From positions 29,140,001 to 29,204,000 of the forward strand of contig CM052829.1 of the NCBI GenBank assembly GCA_028534125.1: a stretch of 64,000 nt of DNA, in the 5' to 3' direction. The translations under genes and the position numbers were made by a program. This DNA comes from Lama glama (taxonomy: Eukaryota). This document shows, piece by piece, positions 22,456 through 36,929 of this stretch; the stretch's first letter is position 1; each line of letters starts with the position of its first letter. The notes beneath the pieces are model-generated. The model was not told where the DNA came from and did not search any database. It saw nothing but the letters and a program-made list of their open reading frames with translations.

Positions 22456-25239
22456 AACAGTTGATTCACAGATCAAAGAAGGAAAAAAAGTACATTTTAG
22501 CTTTTTGTCAGGAAGACTTTCAGGCAAACTTTGTGCAAATTTATAGCTTTGTGTTTAGAACTTTGTGTTAATTATAACAATTACTTTCACTGTGTGTAGA
22601 AAAAAGATAATTCCCAGAATTCCAACTTCATTGAGACAATTTATATTTTTATCTTCTAATTTGATTTAGTCATTTGGGATGACTACTTTTCTCTGTAAAC
22701 TTCATAGCCAATGACATCAAATCCCTTTCCTTTTTTAGGGAGAACAGGTAGTGATATTTTAAGCAATAGGTAAGGTAAACTGAGTATGCACAAACAATGT
22801 TTGGAAATGTAATGGCATAAACTCATCATGAAGTACATTTTCTCACACATGTTCAATGTTATACATGATTATTCATTTGCTGTGTATTAACTGGGCTTCC
22901 TTATGAAGCATCTGTTGTGAAGGATTTCACATCTAACTAAACCAACCTCCTGAGTTTCCACAAGGGAAAAGGGTTATCTCGGGGGTTTTGGAAGCACAGT
23001 TTTTGGATCCTTTGGTACTTCTTTTTGGAGGGAAGATTTTGGAGGAACAGATGTTTTTCTCACCATTTTTGCTTAACATTTTTTTCTTGAAAACACAAAG
23101 AACATGTGATCCTTTTCTACCCCAGGGCCATTCTAATCCTGGTTCTTCAGCACTGGCGGGGAGGAGTGCCCAGAGCAGCAGGCTTATTGGAAATTTCAGG
23201 TCTTCAGCAGGTTCTCAGATTCGTTTCCTATTGAATTCCAATGATCTATTTTTCCACTTTCTGTTATTTGAAAGAGGCAGCTAAAGGCCACATCTACTCC
23301 TTTTAGTCTCCCTTCTTCCTTTCTTGAGTTATTATACACAAATTGAATAGATTTTTTTTGTGTTTCAAATATCCCTCTTCCCCCAAATGTCTTTTACTCT
23401 CAAATGTTTTTTTGTTTCACATAGTACAATCAAAAAAAAAGAACCCTGATGCTACTGCTCATACTTTATTTGGGATTATTGGATACTAGTTATTTGAAGA
23501 TTTCTCCCTACAGCCCTGATAAGAATTTCAGAAGGGAAGGAGGATTAAGGCTTTATGTAACTGACTGGGGATACTGAGGGAGCGGTGTGGACTGGTGACA
23601 TGGCATAGTGCTTTATAGAGCTGGAGGTAATCATTAGAGTGAGCGAGGGAGGCATCAAAAATGGGGATAGGAGAAGAGAATGGTGTAGGCAAGAAGGTGG
23701 TTTGATTAAAAAGTCACAGACACTCTGTATAGCATTTAAACTGTGGCAGAGCTGTGCTGTGTCCAAGTTGGTTACCTGCTGCTGCTTTTTAGTAGTGTTC
23801 TCGTACTGAGGCTGGTAGACACCTTTGCAAAGACACGAGTGCTGCAGACATATGCTTGTGGTGCAAGATTTAGGACATAACACAGAAAAAATGTTTTAGT
23901 AAGGACTATGGTCTTTGGTTCAAACCACATTCTTTTCCTAAAGGAAAAACTTTATTTGGAATATTTGAAATTTTGAGGAGGGAGAGTTTGAAGAAACTAT
24001 GACTCTGTTAAGAAAATGACACTTGATGGATTTTAAATGGTCAGAATTCATTAAATGTAGTATCAGTAAAAGGTGCGTTTTAATTATTTTTCTCGTGACA
24101 AGAGATAACAGTGTCTTCTGGAATGTTAACATCTATCTTATATGTTTTTTATAAAAACCTTAATTACAGAACAAACACATCCACTTGCACCTGATCCTCG
24201 TTTACTCTCCTCTTCATCTCGTGGATATGGGTGGGAAGTAATCGCAGACGGTGAAGAGAGGGAGAGGAGTTGCTGAGAATGTCTCTGGAAATGAGATGAA
24301 AAGGGCATGTTCTCTTTGCTTTCTCATCCCTCAGGTGAATAAGATTTACTGTGGAATGAAGTTTGTTTCTCAGGGAGGAATGGTGAGCTCTGAATTCATG
24401 ACAATATTATTAGGAATGAGAAAGTTAAAGAAGAGGGTCTGAGTGACAAGAATACTGCTATGATTAAAGAAACATTCTTGCTATTAAGCAAATCAAGATG
24501 GAAGGTTCAGTGTTATTGCCTAACTATTAAATATTTGATAGTGAAGTTGGAGTGATTTATAATAGTGATAGATCTGGAAAGAACCTCTAATGATCCGTCA
24601 ACAAATGAGTTTTCTTGTATTAACGTGATCTGTGCCTATTAACATTATTAAATGACTCCCATGCTTTCCATTATAACATTTTTGTTTTTTTAATTTGCAT
24701 TATTAACCATTATATTTTTCTGTGTATAAACAGCATGTAAATTTCTCTTTGGTGGTGCTGATATTAATGGCCTATCCTTGTGTAAGTCTGCAGGGAGAAT
24801 TGTGTTATCCATAGAGCAGTTTTGAAATTAGTTAACCCTCTATTGTCTTCCTCTGTATGACCTCATGATGGCGCATCTTGTCTTAATACTTTAACTCCTA
24901 AGAGCCCTTACCCCTCACACATACCACACCTGTCTTTAATCCTGGGCCACTTGTTAAACCTAAACAGTTTGTATTCTGAAAGTGTAAATGTTAACCGAAT
25001 GAAAAAAAAGGAATTATTTTTTTTTCTGTATGTCAGAGTATATACAAAAAAAAAGAGAAGAAAATAGGATTTTAGATAAAATTTCTGCTTCACTGGATAT
25101 ATATACACATATATAAGACAGATGTAAACATATTATATGTCTTTACTTAGTTAATATTTACTGAATGATGTGTACATTCTCATTTGTTTTAAAAACTTTT
25201 TCTCCCTTAATTTGGAGAGTGAAAATGCTAACTATATAA

Positions 25240-25470
25240 CATCTTTATTTTAAGATAAAGAAATTTATAATAAGGAATTTGGAAAATAGAAGGAAGCTGG
25301 TAATCCCACTAGTCTGAGGGAAATACTGCAAAATAGTTTCATCTATCTTTCCCGTCTTTTTTTTGCATGCATCTATGTATACATGCATAGGTATGTTCTG
25401 GGGCATCTATGCACTCTCTTTTAATTCCAAAGGAAAGCTGAGATACATTGAATATGTAAACTTTGTAATT
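25240..25470 (-). mobile_element. Old L1 3' UTR fragment (L1ME4-like)
   Basis: aatttggaaaataga…taatcccact…aaatactgc…tctttcccgtcttttttt, reverse L1ME 3' end. Confidence 0.5.
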
Positions 25471-25574
25471 AAAAATGTTTTTCAATTTAGTTTTGTATTA
25501 TTATTATTTTCCCTAATCGTTTGCAAAAAGGAAAGTATCTATGCACCATTGTACTAATAGTAAATCTGATTTTA

Positions 25575-26160
25575 AACCTCTGTTAGTTCAGACCTTCACC
25601 AGCTCTCACCCAGACTGTTGCAATCACTTCGTCACATCTTGTCTTTCTCCCTGGTGGGTGGCCCTCTACAATCTGTCCTTTATACGACTGCTAGCATGAT
25701 CTTTTTAAAACACAGATTTCAGTGGTGTCCCTCCCCTGTAAGGTAAGTCTGGGATACTTGGCATGACACACAAGGCCAGTTGTTACTGACTGTTGTTTTC
25801 ATCTCCAGTGCTTCTCTTAGGATCCCTCTCTAAACCTGATACTCCCTGAAAACAAAGTTAATCCGATTTTAGTCATCCTTGTTTTTGTACCTGTTCTTTT
25901 CTTTATCTGGCAGTCTTCACTCTTCCTTTAAAACTTAGTTCATGTGTCAGATTTTCTGTGAAGTCTTTGTTGACGTCCTACCCAGGGATAGTGTTTATTC
26001 ATCTCCTCTGTTGCTATGCACATGGTGTGTATTTCTCATACTGTAATTGCTTACTTGTCTTTCTCCAGCCCTCTCTTATGGCAGCCAGTTTTTTGCCTCC
26101 ACATGCCCAGTATCTAGTGCAGTACTGATACTTACATCAATGTTTACTGAATTGAATTCT
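25575..26160 (+). mobile_element. L2 3' region
   Basis: agttcagaccttcaccagctctcacccagactgttgcaat…gatctttttaaaacacagat…ctgtgaagtctt…aatgtttactgaattgaat. Confidence 0.8.
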
Positions 26161-27494
26161 TTATGGGTAACTAGATTCATTGAGTTCTGATATCACCTAA
26201 GATGTTATTGGCCTCAGACATTTAATCCCAGCCATCACAAACTTAACACAACCAAGTTTGTTTTTTTTTTAAATCATACATGTAAGAATAAAGATTTTCA
26301 TTTTATATTTTCAATTATTTGCAACAATTTTTATTAAAACCTTCCTATGCTTCATGTACCTTGCTATATTCACAAGTGCTACTGTGACTGAGTGAAAAAA
26401 ACATCAAGAGTCTTTGCTAGATGGAGACTACTGTTATTTTAATCATAACAATTGTTGGGTTTGGTTCTTTTTTTCATGGCATTATCTTCTCCAAGGCTTG
26501 TCTGCTGCCTCGGGTTCAGGTGCTGCTTCTTAGCTCAAGTCTGTTCTCTCAGAAGGAAAGGGGACTTGACAACTGGAAATTAACCTCGAGAGTCATCTCT
26601 GCCAAAGTGGTCTGTGAGAGTGATTTGTGAAAATGTTTTTTTTTCCTCTCACTCAGTATGCATCTCAAATGGAGCCCTTTTCACTACTGAAATATGAGTG
26701 CAGTTTTTTTGTGTTTATTAAAATAATAAGCTATCATTCATTAAAAGGAAACACTCTCTTTAGTTGTGGCAGTTGTCTTGTGGCCCTGGGCAGTAAGCAC
26801 AAATTAAGATTTTGTTTGTCCTGATGGACCTAGTGACTTACACAGTCGCAGAAGTGCAATAAAACCCGGATTTCTTGACTCCCAGTTTATTTCTGTCTGT
26901 AACAAATACAGAAGTCAAATAAGATGTTTGTGCAGTTTTTCTACCTTGAAATTCAAGTGGTTTCAACTGACCTGCTCCTCGACTTACCCACCTTTCACTA
27001 TTTACAGATACTTCTTACATTGTTCTTCCTGTATGCCATTTCTCTCATGCAATGGTCATAGATACCTTTAGAATAAATTCAACCTGATGTTATTCTAACA
27101 AAACTTTAAAAAAAAAGATTTTATGTGATGCCTCATCCAGATTTTTCTCAAGAGTAAAAAGCTACATTCTTAGAGAAAAATCTCTTTTCCTGTTATTTTT
27201 CACGTAGAAGCCTTGCCACTGGAGAATTCTAAGGTTGCTGGGGAGGAGATTTGAAAGGTGACATGTGGAGAATAGCTCTACCAGGCTGTGCTGACCCTTG
27301 AATCATGTGAGGAAGTGAGCAGAAATTAAAGAAATTCTATCGAAGAAAAACCAAGATTACCTGATTTAGCAACACTTACTAATCTCGACTGTGTGTTTAT
27401 GAAGAGTTCTTGCCATTTCCTCATTCTGCTGTGTGTGTCCATCAAGACCGCAGTTGCTTTGTTTTTCAGATGGGTCGAAAAGTATACAAACTTT

Positions 27495-27752
27495 TGAATG
27501 AAAGAGATAGAGATTTCCACTTACCGATTAATAGCTATATGACCTTGGCCAAATCAACAAACTGTCAGTTTTCTGAACTAGAAAATGAGAACATTTTCAC
27601 TGACTCGATTTGTGAATATTAAATGAAAAGATTATAGAAGTTAACATTTGTAAATTTTAAAATAATATAAAATTAAACGAAATCTTTGTAAATATTAAAT
27701 GATAGTACTGCCCACAGTGTCTGACACGCTGTGATTTACAACAAATGCTTAG
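27495..27752 (+). mobile_element. MIR SINE (with AT-rich interruption)
   Basis: tagctatatgaccttggccaaatca…aaaatgaga…ttgtgaatattaaatga…cacagtgtctgacac. Confidence 0.65.
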
Positions 27753-30079
27753 GTTTCTTTCTTTTCTGAAAATTTGATCTTCTTGCCTTGACGTGTTTGG
27801 TTTCTCATATTCTAAACTACATTTGGAAAAGTTCACAAATGGCTTTATTACATTAGATCAACTGGACAGAGCAGTAAAAGAACTAATCTCCTTCAGAAGA
27901 TGAAGTTTTGAAAATAAGTAGTGGCAAAGCAATCCAACCTCTTTCTATTTGATTCATTTTTTAAAAATTAGGTGAAAGACAAACAATATCTGCTATCTAA
28001 AAAAGTCTTGCATTCTGAGGAAATTTCATTTTTGCACAGTAGCAAAAAAATACATGTTAAAAATTAAATTGGCTGGCAGGGGCAAGCTGAACAATAAACA
28101 TTGCAGAGGGATATGTAACAGAGGAAAAAGAATTGTTGGAGAAGGCGAGAGGGGCCCTGGGATAGAGTCTCTCTTTCATCAGTTACTGAGTCTGGGAAAG
28201 TCAATTAACCTTAGGGAGTCCCCAGTGTGACAGGAGGCTATGACACCTTTCTACGTGGAGGAAGAGAGCTGGTGCAGGTAAAATCTTGATGTCCCTTTTA
28301 GTTCTGATTCTTACATGCTGGGAGTTGGACAAAATGGAGTGTTTTCCTATGAGCATTCATTTTACATAATGTTATAAATATATTTAGTGCAAATAGGCCT
28401 GTGCCTTAGAGTTTGGAGAGTATCACATAGAATCAGTTTCTCCATGTGCAGTTTCTCTTAAAGGCTGAATGGATCCAATTTCATTTTTTTCCCCAAGTTG
28501 TGACCCGTGGGGCATCAGAATCTCAGTACTGTTGTTTCTGCTTCCTTTAGGGGCCTATTAACTTTTATTAGTTTTTTTTTTAATCAGGGTTTTAAGGTCA
28601 ATTCAATAGGATGAAAAGAGGAAAATTAAGAAAGAAACATCAGTTTGAAAACAAAAAAGTCAACAGAAACGAAGCTTTGTTTTGAAAAGTTGGCTCAGTA
28701 GAGGAGGGTAATCCTTATACGGTGATCGTTGTAACCCAGCTTCACATATACACACCTGTAGCCCTCCTACTTAACTAAACCTAGATTACAGTCTAGGTTA
28801 AACAAAAAGTGATCTATGCCTAAATGATCCTTAAAGTCCTTCCCAATTCTGAAGTCTAATGGTTGTAATTGCACACAATAGGGTGTAGCCTTTGGGGAGG
28901 TAAACTTTCTCAAGAATGTCATGTCATTCCATCTGAACTGTCAAGTGATTTCAAAGCCATCACGGTGCCATACCATTGATACCACAGAGGTCCTGCCTTA
29001 AGATGAAGGATGTGAAAATATCCAAGCAGATGCAGAGAGGCCACCTGTCCTGAGGCTCTAGAGGACATTCCTATACTGGGTGGAGAATTGTACTCATTGG
29101 GCTTGAGGAGCGTTTGCAACTCCTCACATGCTCATATTCTTTCATTTTAAATAAATGAGCTTTTAGAATAAATGGAGCCCTGCATTTTCCTCAAAAACTA
29201 GAGTAGACTTCATTGAGGTGAGGGACTGATTAAATATTCTTTTAATATATTGGCCTGAACTGCACTCTGTGCAGATACACACTTGGCAGATACCTCTGAT
29301 ATTTTATTTCTCTTTCTTTATGGGATTGCTTTGAACTCTGTCAGGAGTCAGGTTAGAATGTCACTGCCTTGTCCTGCTTCAGTGGTATGTAGGCGGGCTT
29401 AAATACAGTCACCATCCTCAAATAGCTAGTTCTAGTAAATTAAATGCCCTCTGCTACTGAGGAAATATATGGGTTGTAGATGCTGAAATAAACTGGCTTG
29501 AAAATATTTATTATACAAAAGAGATGGTAACGGAAGGAAGCACGTATCCTTGCTCTCCCAACAATTTCTCACTTGTAAATGACATCCCTGAAGGGATGTC
29601 CAGATTCCTGGTGCGGGCATGTAGAGTAGACAGCTGAGTCACAGCTGCTAAAATGAGACCATGCCTCCTTCCCCCTTGCCAAGAGAAGAAATGAAGAAAG
29701 AGGTGAAAGAGAACTCTTGCCAATAGTTTACTTAAAGTTCACTGGCTTGAGAAGTCTGTGTGGGTCTTAGGCCAAGAGGAAGCCATTGCTTGACTACATG
29801 GGAGTGTTTGGAGCATGAAATCTGCTTTACCTAAGGGAACTCTTATAATTGGTCATAGTTTGTGCAAAAATGTATCTTATTTCTCCAGAGATCTTTCCTG
29901 CGTTTGTAGGAATGCTTGTGGTATCTGGCATATGGGTTGCGGGCTGCTTGTTTAGTCTGCGTTTTGATTCCGTAATACCTGGTTTGCTTGTTGGCTTTCT
30001 CCTTGAATTGATGCTACATTTCTTTTTGAAATACATCTTCTCATCCATTTAAAGAAAGTTCCAAAATGCCAACTTTGCT

Positions 30080-30292
30080 TGGATTTGGATCCTGGATTGG
30101 TGTCTTAGTAGCAGGGACCTTTAAGAAATCACTGAAGCTCAGGTAAATTAAGCTTACTGTGGCTTCTTCATCTATAAAATGGAAGTAATGATAGTACCCA
30201 TCTTATTTGTGAGGATTAAGTACATGACTTCCCATGAAGTGTTTGGAACAGTACTTCACCCATGTAGCCACTTGGCCATTGTTAGCTGATAC
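30080..30292 (+). mobile_element. MIR SINE
   Basis: ttggatcctgg…cttcatctataaaatggaagtaatgatagtacc…ttgtgaggattaag…tgttagct. Confidence 0.8.
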
Positions 30293-30509
30293 CAGTGCTC
30301 TTATTGCTGCAGTGTGCACCCTACTGTAGTGGTGTCTGTTTCTTTTACTACTTCAGACACATTTATACTTCTATTGCTATTCTTCCTGTGTGTCTAAAGA
30401 ATGTCCTGTAGCATTGGAAGTAGCGTTGGAGAAAAATGGAGAAGGAGATGAATCCACCAAAAAAGTGAACACTCCAGCTAATAGAAGAGCACCAAGAAAT
30501 TAATGTCTG

Positions 30510-30840
30510 TTCAATATCACCATTATAAATATTGTTTTAGAAATTCCTGTGGTTTTAAACAATTATACACACACAAAGGAGAACACACTTTGTGTTGTAT
30601 AGACATTATGAATTTATACTTAGAAGTCCTGGTAGCATGAATTGTAACATTATTAGATTTAGGGCATTGGCTAAATGGCTGGGTACCGTAAATTTTAAAA
30701 AAAGTCTGGTGGCTTTCTTAAATTTTAGCAATAAGCTGTAAGAAAATATAATGTGGGAAAGCCTAGAAAGAAATATGCAGTAAATGTTTTTACTGATTAT
30801 CTCTGATTGGTGGGAATATATGTCATTTATTTTTAATTAA
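30510..30840 (+). mobile_element. Old L1: ORF2 RT-region remnant joined to a 3'-UTR piece
   Basis: aatattgttttagaaattcc…tagacattatgaatttatacttagaa…gctttctt…tagcaataagctg, then aaagaaatatgc…gattatctctgattggtggga. Confidence 0.5.
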
Positions 30841-33644
30841 AAAAAACCCTGTGATTTATTTAGTGCTTACTTATGTGCTGTGAAGTGTGTTCAATGTATT
30901 TTGCATGTAGAAAGTAACTATTAGCTTTACATTGTATTCTGACCAAATATTTTCATTAATCCCCTCTGAGATCCATAAAGCCTTTCTGAGTTTTGTTTGT
31001 GAATTCTACTGCATCTAACGATTGTATATGCAAAACTGTATACCAAAACTTTCCTGTTACTCTTGTCTTCTTGAAGCTGTCAGTACGTGGAAAATAGTTT
31101 TGATCACAGGATTGAAATGAAGCTATTCTCAATTTAGGCATGGGAACTTGAAAACTCTCATTTCTTGGTGTGAAAATACATGTTTATATGTTCTAATGTA
31201 TAATGTATACAATCATGTTGACTGGTTTAAGTCTGACTTTTCTCCATGGTAACATTGAATTTTTGGGGGAAAAAAGATATGGCTGACATGCTGGGTCCTT
31301 AGAGAGATTTACTTGGTGTCTTAAATGTTTAAGAAGAGGAGTGTGTTCATTTGGTTTTCTTGGGAGGCTGTGGTTGTTATTGTGATTATAAATTTAAGTC
31401 TGGGAAGAAAGTTTTACCACTGAAGGCTCAGCCAAGTTACTGATTGGGCAGGAAGTCAACTCTACTGCCTTCAATTACTTACTCTGCAGTTCCCTTCCCC
31501 TGCGACTTCTACACCAGTGTTTTATAGTACTATAAAATTTTATTCCTTGACTCACACAATTCTCACTTCACCTTTGGAGGTGTAATTAATGCCATCGAGT
31601 CAGATTCAATAGTCTTTCACTCATTGAGCTTTTGTGGACTTTAAAGAAGTCACAGATAACCCAGTTCGAGATTGCATTTTGTAGACATTGCTGCAGCCTG
31701 GGGCAAGGCCAGATGACAAGTCACTAGCTTTTAATGACTTTTTACTATTTTGGTAGAAATAATTTTTCTTGAGAACACAATCATGTTATTGCCAATATCT
31801 CCACAGCAAAAATAAGTCTTTTGGTCTGTTTTACAAGATGCTTGAAATACATGAAACACAAATCCTAATATGAAACATTGCAATTCCTTTTTTGGTTTAC
31901 TGAGGGAAGAAGTGGGAGTGGACTGCAGAATCCTATAAATGGATAATTCTCATCTTGTGGGGAGATATTTGCTTATAGACCTGATCATAGCAAGGGGAAG
32001 GTTTCCAGCCTCACACATTTCCTTTTAGATGTGGCAGTCCATAATAGGTTGGAGGTTAAGACCTTGTTTAGCAAGAATCTGAATACCTCCTACTTATCTA
32101 ACAGCCTTCTGTGTATATACAGGTGGCTCTTAAAGAGATGCAACTTGATACAAGTCATGGTATCATGAGTGGTTGGCCATTTATTAATTATGACTTTGCC
32201 ACTTGGACTGAGTAGGACACAGACTCCACTAGCACATCCATCTAGGCCTCACCTCAGTGGTCTCTGCCCTCAACCATCCTTGGAACCATCAAGCTCTTAG
32301 TCTTTAGCAAGCTACCCAACTCTGACACCTCCCAAGTGTCTCCTGTTTCTTCCCCAAGAGATGCTTTCATTCCTATGAATCTCTGTCACCTACTTTCTGT
32401 AACCCAACAGCTCTTCTCTCTGTTATTACCCACTCTGTAGAGCATTTCCTGAAAGAATCTCAGTCAAATACAACTACTTGGAATATCAGCTGATTACTTA
32501 CGCTAAACCATGGTTTTCCTGCCTTAGTTCCTGCAGCTCTGTTTCCTCCATGCGTCATCTGATCTAAGTAAAATCTATGTTAACATCCGACTTGTAGACT
32601 AAAATTAGATACAAAATGGAGAGATAAGAGGAGGGGTTAAGAAGATACTTGAAGTTGAAAGTATTTTCCTTTTGCCCCTAATAAGGTTAACATGTGATTT
32701 CACTATTGAATTGTATTCCACTCATTGAAAATATTGTTTCTGGGAATAGATTTTATTTTACTACTATCATATTATTAGAAAAAATTTGAGTTAAATAGTA
32801 AGTAATAGCCAGATAGTCATAATCATGGTTCAGACATTTTGTATGGAAATACGTCTATGTATGCATTCTCTGACAAAGTTATTAACCATTCCTTTGCAGG
32901 TGAAGTAGCATCAGAAATGCTTTTGACATGGTTAGCTCTCTGTTATGGTTTATTCTATTTGCATTCTGGTTCTACCTTCACATGAAGCCTGCACTTACTG
33001 AAAGATAAGTGAAAAGGAACTAAGTAATGTTATTAGATGTCAGGAGAATACAAGGAAGTTATACTCAAAGCCATTCTTTTAGATAATTTTATTTTGGGCT
33101 GATTTACAATACTATGGCTGTAATCAGTCTTATCTTGAGTGGTTTATCATAAACTGCTATTTCCCTTAAGTAGTTTTTCTTTGTTTTCCTAATCTGGTTA
33201 AATAGCCTGTTGAAAGAACTGGTGGCTAGGGAGGAATACTTCTCCCTCATTGATCTTCCATGACACTTATTTCTTTTCTTTCCTGCGCTTGTTTCAACAA
33301 TTCTTTACCTCTATCTTTGGATCTTTTTATTGTCTCAACGTTTGCCAAATACTTGCTAGATTCTATATTGCCTGTTAAAATATGCTTTGACTTTATCTTC
33401 ACAGATTGATAATGTTGAACATTTATGTTTCTCATGTGAATTATTACAGTACCTTACTAGCGTTCATTAGTGCAGACTTTGTGATTTTATATGTGAAAAA
33501 TTTGCTGTAACTGCCCTTCAAGATCGAAGGTAGTCCTTGTCTTTGGATGTTATTGAAAAGACCCATACAAAATTTATTTTAATTTTATTTTTTTGTCTTT
33601 TTGGAAGTTGGTTGCCCTACCTTGTGTCTGTAGGACTCAGGACT

Positions 33645-34030
33645 GAACATATGTGAACATTTGTGCTGGATAGATTTCTAGACGTGTGATTGCTAGATTA
33701 AAAGGCGAGTGATTAAAAAGTTTGATAAATAAAACCCCACTCCCAAAATGTCACTTGCCCTCCTATTGTTACCCTCTTATTGTGACCATGTGTTTTCAAC
33801 ACTGTATATTATTAATTCTTTGCAGTTTTGCAAATGATATGGACAAAAAAATGCTCACTTTTGTTGGCATTTGCTTATACCTGAATAGTGAGAATGGCAA
33901 ACTTTTCTTAAATTTACTGAGACGTTAATTAGGGGCAATTTGTTTTTACTAATTATTTGCCAAGATGGCCTTGTCAGCTTCTTGTTGTAACAATGTCTTT
34001 TATTTTGTCTATTTTTAGAGCTTTAACAAT
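33645..34030 (-). mobile_element. Old L1 ORF2 3' region
   Basis: gatagatttctaga…gattgctagattaaaagg…caacactg…tttgcaaatgatatgg…gcatttgctt…tagtgag, reverse L1M. Confidence 0.7.
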
Positions 34031-36929
34031 TTCAAAATATATACCATGGCTTGAGGTGAGAAGTGAAGCAGGAAAGCTGTCCTACTGCACAGCAAATACC
34101 AGACTTCAAATGCTATCTTCATACTGTTACTGCTTTTAATCTATTATTCAAATCTTATGTGCCAGCTTCTCGCCCCCTCATATTTGAAAATAAAAACTTT
34201 CCAGGTTATGTTTCATCCTGAAGAAATGTGTTTGCCTTTCATCTGTAAACTGTATAGTTCAATAGATTTACAGTCAGTCATTATTTTTTAGAGCAAGAAG
34301 TGGAGGGAAAATTAAAGTATGTTAAATAAATGGGATATAATGCTTCAGCCAATCGTCTAAATTTGATGAGATGAGGATATTTCAAGTCTGTAGATATTTT
34401 TATACCTATTATTCTTGGCAGCCACAAGTCCCTGATAATGCATGGAGTTTGCAACAGAAGAAAGTTAACTTTATTAAATTATTCTTCTAGGCCCAGACCC
34501 CTTTTCTGCACTGATGCATTTTTTTATATTTTTGAATTTCATATGAAATTCTAATATAGGCAGAATCAACATCTTTAAAATATTTTTATTATGTAAGAAT
34601 GGTTAAATTGTGGTAGTTTACATTTTAGGAATTCTACTAGGGAGTGGAGTCAGTGGTGGCATGAATTTCTGACATGTAACTGAATTTTTTATCGTACAAC
34701 TGCTTTAACTTTTTTATAAAGGCCCAGGAATGATGGGATATTGTTGTAAGCTCATCTTCTCTTTTCTAATCCTTCAAATTTTGGTCATATTACTTTAAAA
34801 ATTTCATGCAAATATAAAACAATAATAAGGAACTCACCTAGATGTTTTCCTAACTAAATTCCTAACTTAATGATGCCTTAAATGTGCATAGCATGTAGCT
34901 TTACTAGTTATAGGATATTGTGGAGAGATTTTTAAAATTAATTGGAACAGCATTCCTATATAGTAGGTTGAAGTAGGATGGGGAAGTGAAGCCAAATTCT
35001 TTTTTTCTATTGGTATAGAAATGAGAACATGAGGATACAGGCAGTCCTGAATCTTGGTGAGGTCCTGTGTAAAACCCTATTCACCATTCTCCCAATTAAG
35101 ACTCTCTCTCCATTAGGTTAGAGTGGCTGTGGACTTACATATCACCTAAATGTCTAGGTAGAGCATAATTTTTTGCTGGTTGAGAGATCTTTATTTTACA
35201 TGGTGATTCCACTGCCTGGTAACCACACGCATTCTCCCGAGAAAGGAAATTTGAGAAGAGAAAGTTATTGTTAATACGGACTTCAACACTGACTTGGTCA
35301 GAGGTTGATGTCGTCAGAGGCTAGTAGCAGTCTCACCAAAACTTTGGTTAAAGCCCAGACTACTTCCTTTATAAGAAAGGAGGCAGAGATCCCTGACAAC
35401 ATGGTCTGTAACATCACTCAATATTAGTGTAATGGTTTGCTTGTGTTTGGGTGAGTGGATTGTTTGCTATGGACCTCTGGTAAAAGGCCAAACTGGCTGT
35501 TTAAATGATGCTTAGAGTGAAAGAACTGGTTGATACATCTGAAATCAGTAGTTAATATAGTGATTGAAATGGTAATAACCTTTTTTTTTAATAAAGAAAA
35601 TGGCAGAAAGAGTCCTAAGTCTTAACTCTTAAGAATATGTTTTAAGAACTCTGGAAAACCCAAACTTTGGCCTCTATACCTTCACATTACACCAAGTCTA
35701 GAAACATTTCAAAAGGAAAGGACCTTCATATTAATGAAAAAGATAGAAAGATAATTTTTCTTTTATTCTCAAGATGCATATTAATTATCTAAATTAGTTG
35801 ATTATCATTTCCTTGAAGGGTATTTCAAAGTCTTACAAAACTAAATTGTTGACCTTCTTAAAATGTAGCTGGTAATATTTAAGATTCCTTTGCCAATCTG
35901 ATATAAAACTTTAAGTTCAAAGCCTCAAGGCAGATCTTTGCCCTTCCTCTAGGAGGTTGGGTTATGGAATTCTGTTTTACATGGCTTCAGCAGTTTGCAG
36001 AACTCCCTTCATAAATGAAAAATCATCTATCACCCATCATGCTTGAGCTGAGTCAGGAGCAACTGCTGAAATAAGCCAGAATGTGTCTGATACGGGTGAA
36101 GTGGAGCCCACCAGGAATCCCTCCATGAGAAACAAAACAAAACAAAAAAAGTGTTTAAATGTAAGCTTGGATGGTTTCCAATTTTACCGAGATGTAAATA
36201 TGGCTTCAGTTGTGAATTTTATTTTTCAGTACATTTATTCCCTATTACTTTGTTCAGTGGGTTTCTCTGGATTGTGTATCTAACACTAAACCAAAAAAAA
36301 AAAAAGGTGAGATTTTACTGGAATAGATAAAAGGATAAAAAATAAGAAAAGAAACTTGAGTAAATACACTCATGATCTTTGCAAAAACACCTGGTTTCTT
36401 ATCATAGAACTCATGTAAGAGCGACGGCAAAGATTGCCATAACAAAATTGCTTTTGATTTATGTTAGTATTTTTATTTTAATGTTTTTAAAGATAGAAAA
36501 GCTACTTGTTTATACATATTTTGGAGGAAGATGAGGTGAAAGTGAAGGTTTCCAAGCAAGAGAGATAGGACGGTGCTATCTGTGATCATACGCGTTCTGA
36601 GCCCTAAGTCACCCTATTCAAATAAAATTCTTTGCTGAAATTACTAGTTAATCATTCAGGCTTTTACAGTTCTGTCCAAGAAAGAACCTTTCCTTTGCTG
36701 GCCTGACGCCTAAGAGACTTTGACAACTGATGTGTTTCAAAGTTTACTAATGTTTTATCCACAAAGGATGCGACACCATCACACCATCACCTGAGTGGGA
36801 TGGGTAATGCTCTCTTTGTTGAGTAATAGCTTGAGGTTATGCTGGTTGGAGGGAGCTGTCCCGGACGATTCTGAAAATGTCTGAACACACCTCATTTTGA
36901 GGAGCTGTCTTTAAATGTTACGGTCAACA

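Noticed and set aside
28778-28800. Short hairpin aacctaga-ttacag-tctaggtt
   Set aside because: An 8-bp stem is too short for a miRNA or structured RNA and is expected by chance.
29849-30052. Hydrophobic 67-aa ORF resembling a membrane micropeptide
   Set aside because: T-rich intronic sequence yields hydrophobic translations; non-ATG start; partly resembles decayed L2.
32020-32560. GC-richer stretch that might be an old LTR
   Set aside because: Could not match it to a family or find termini by eye.
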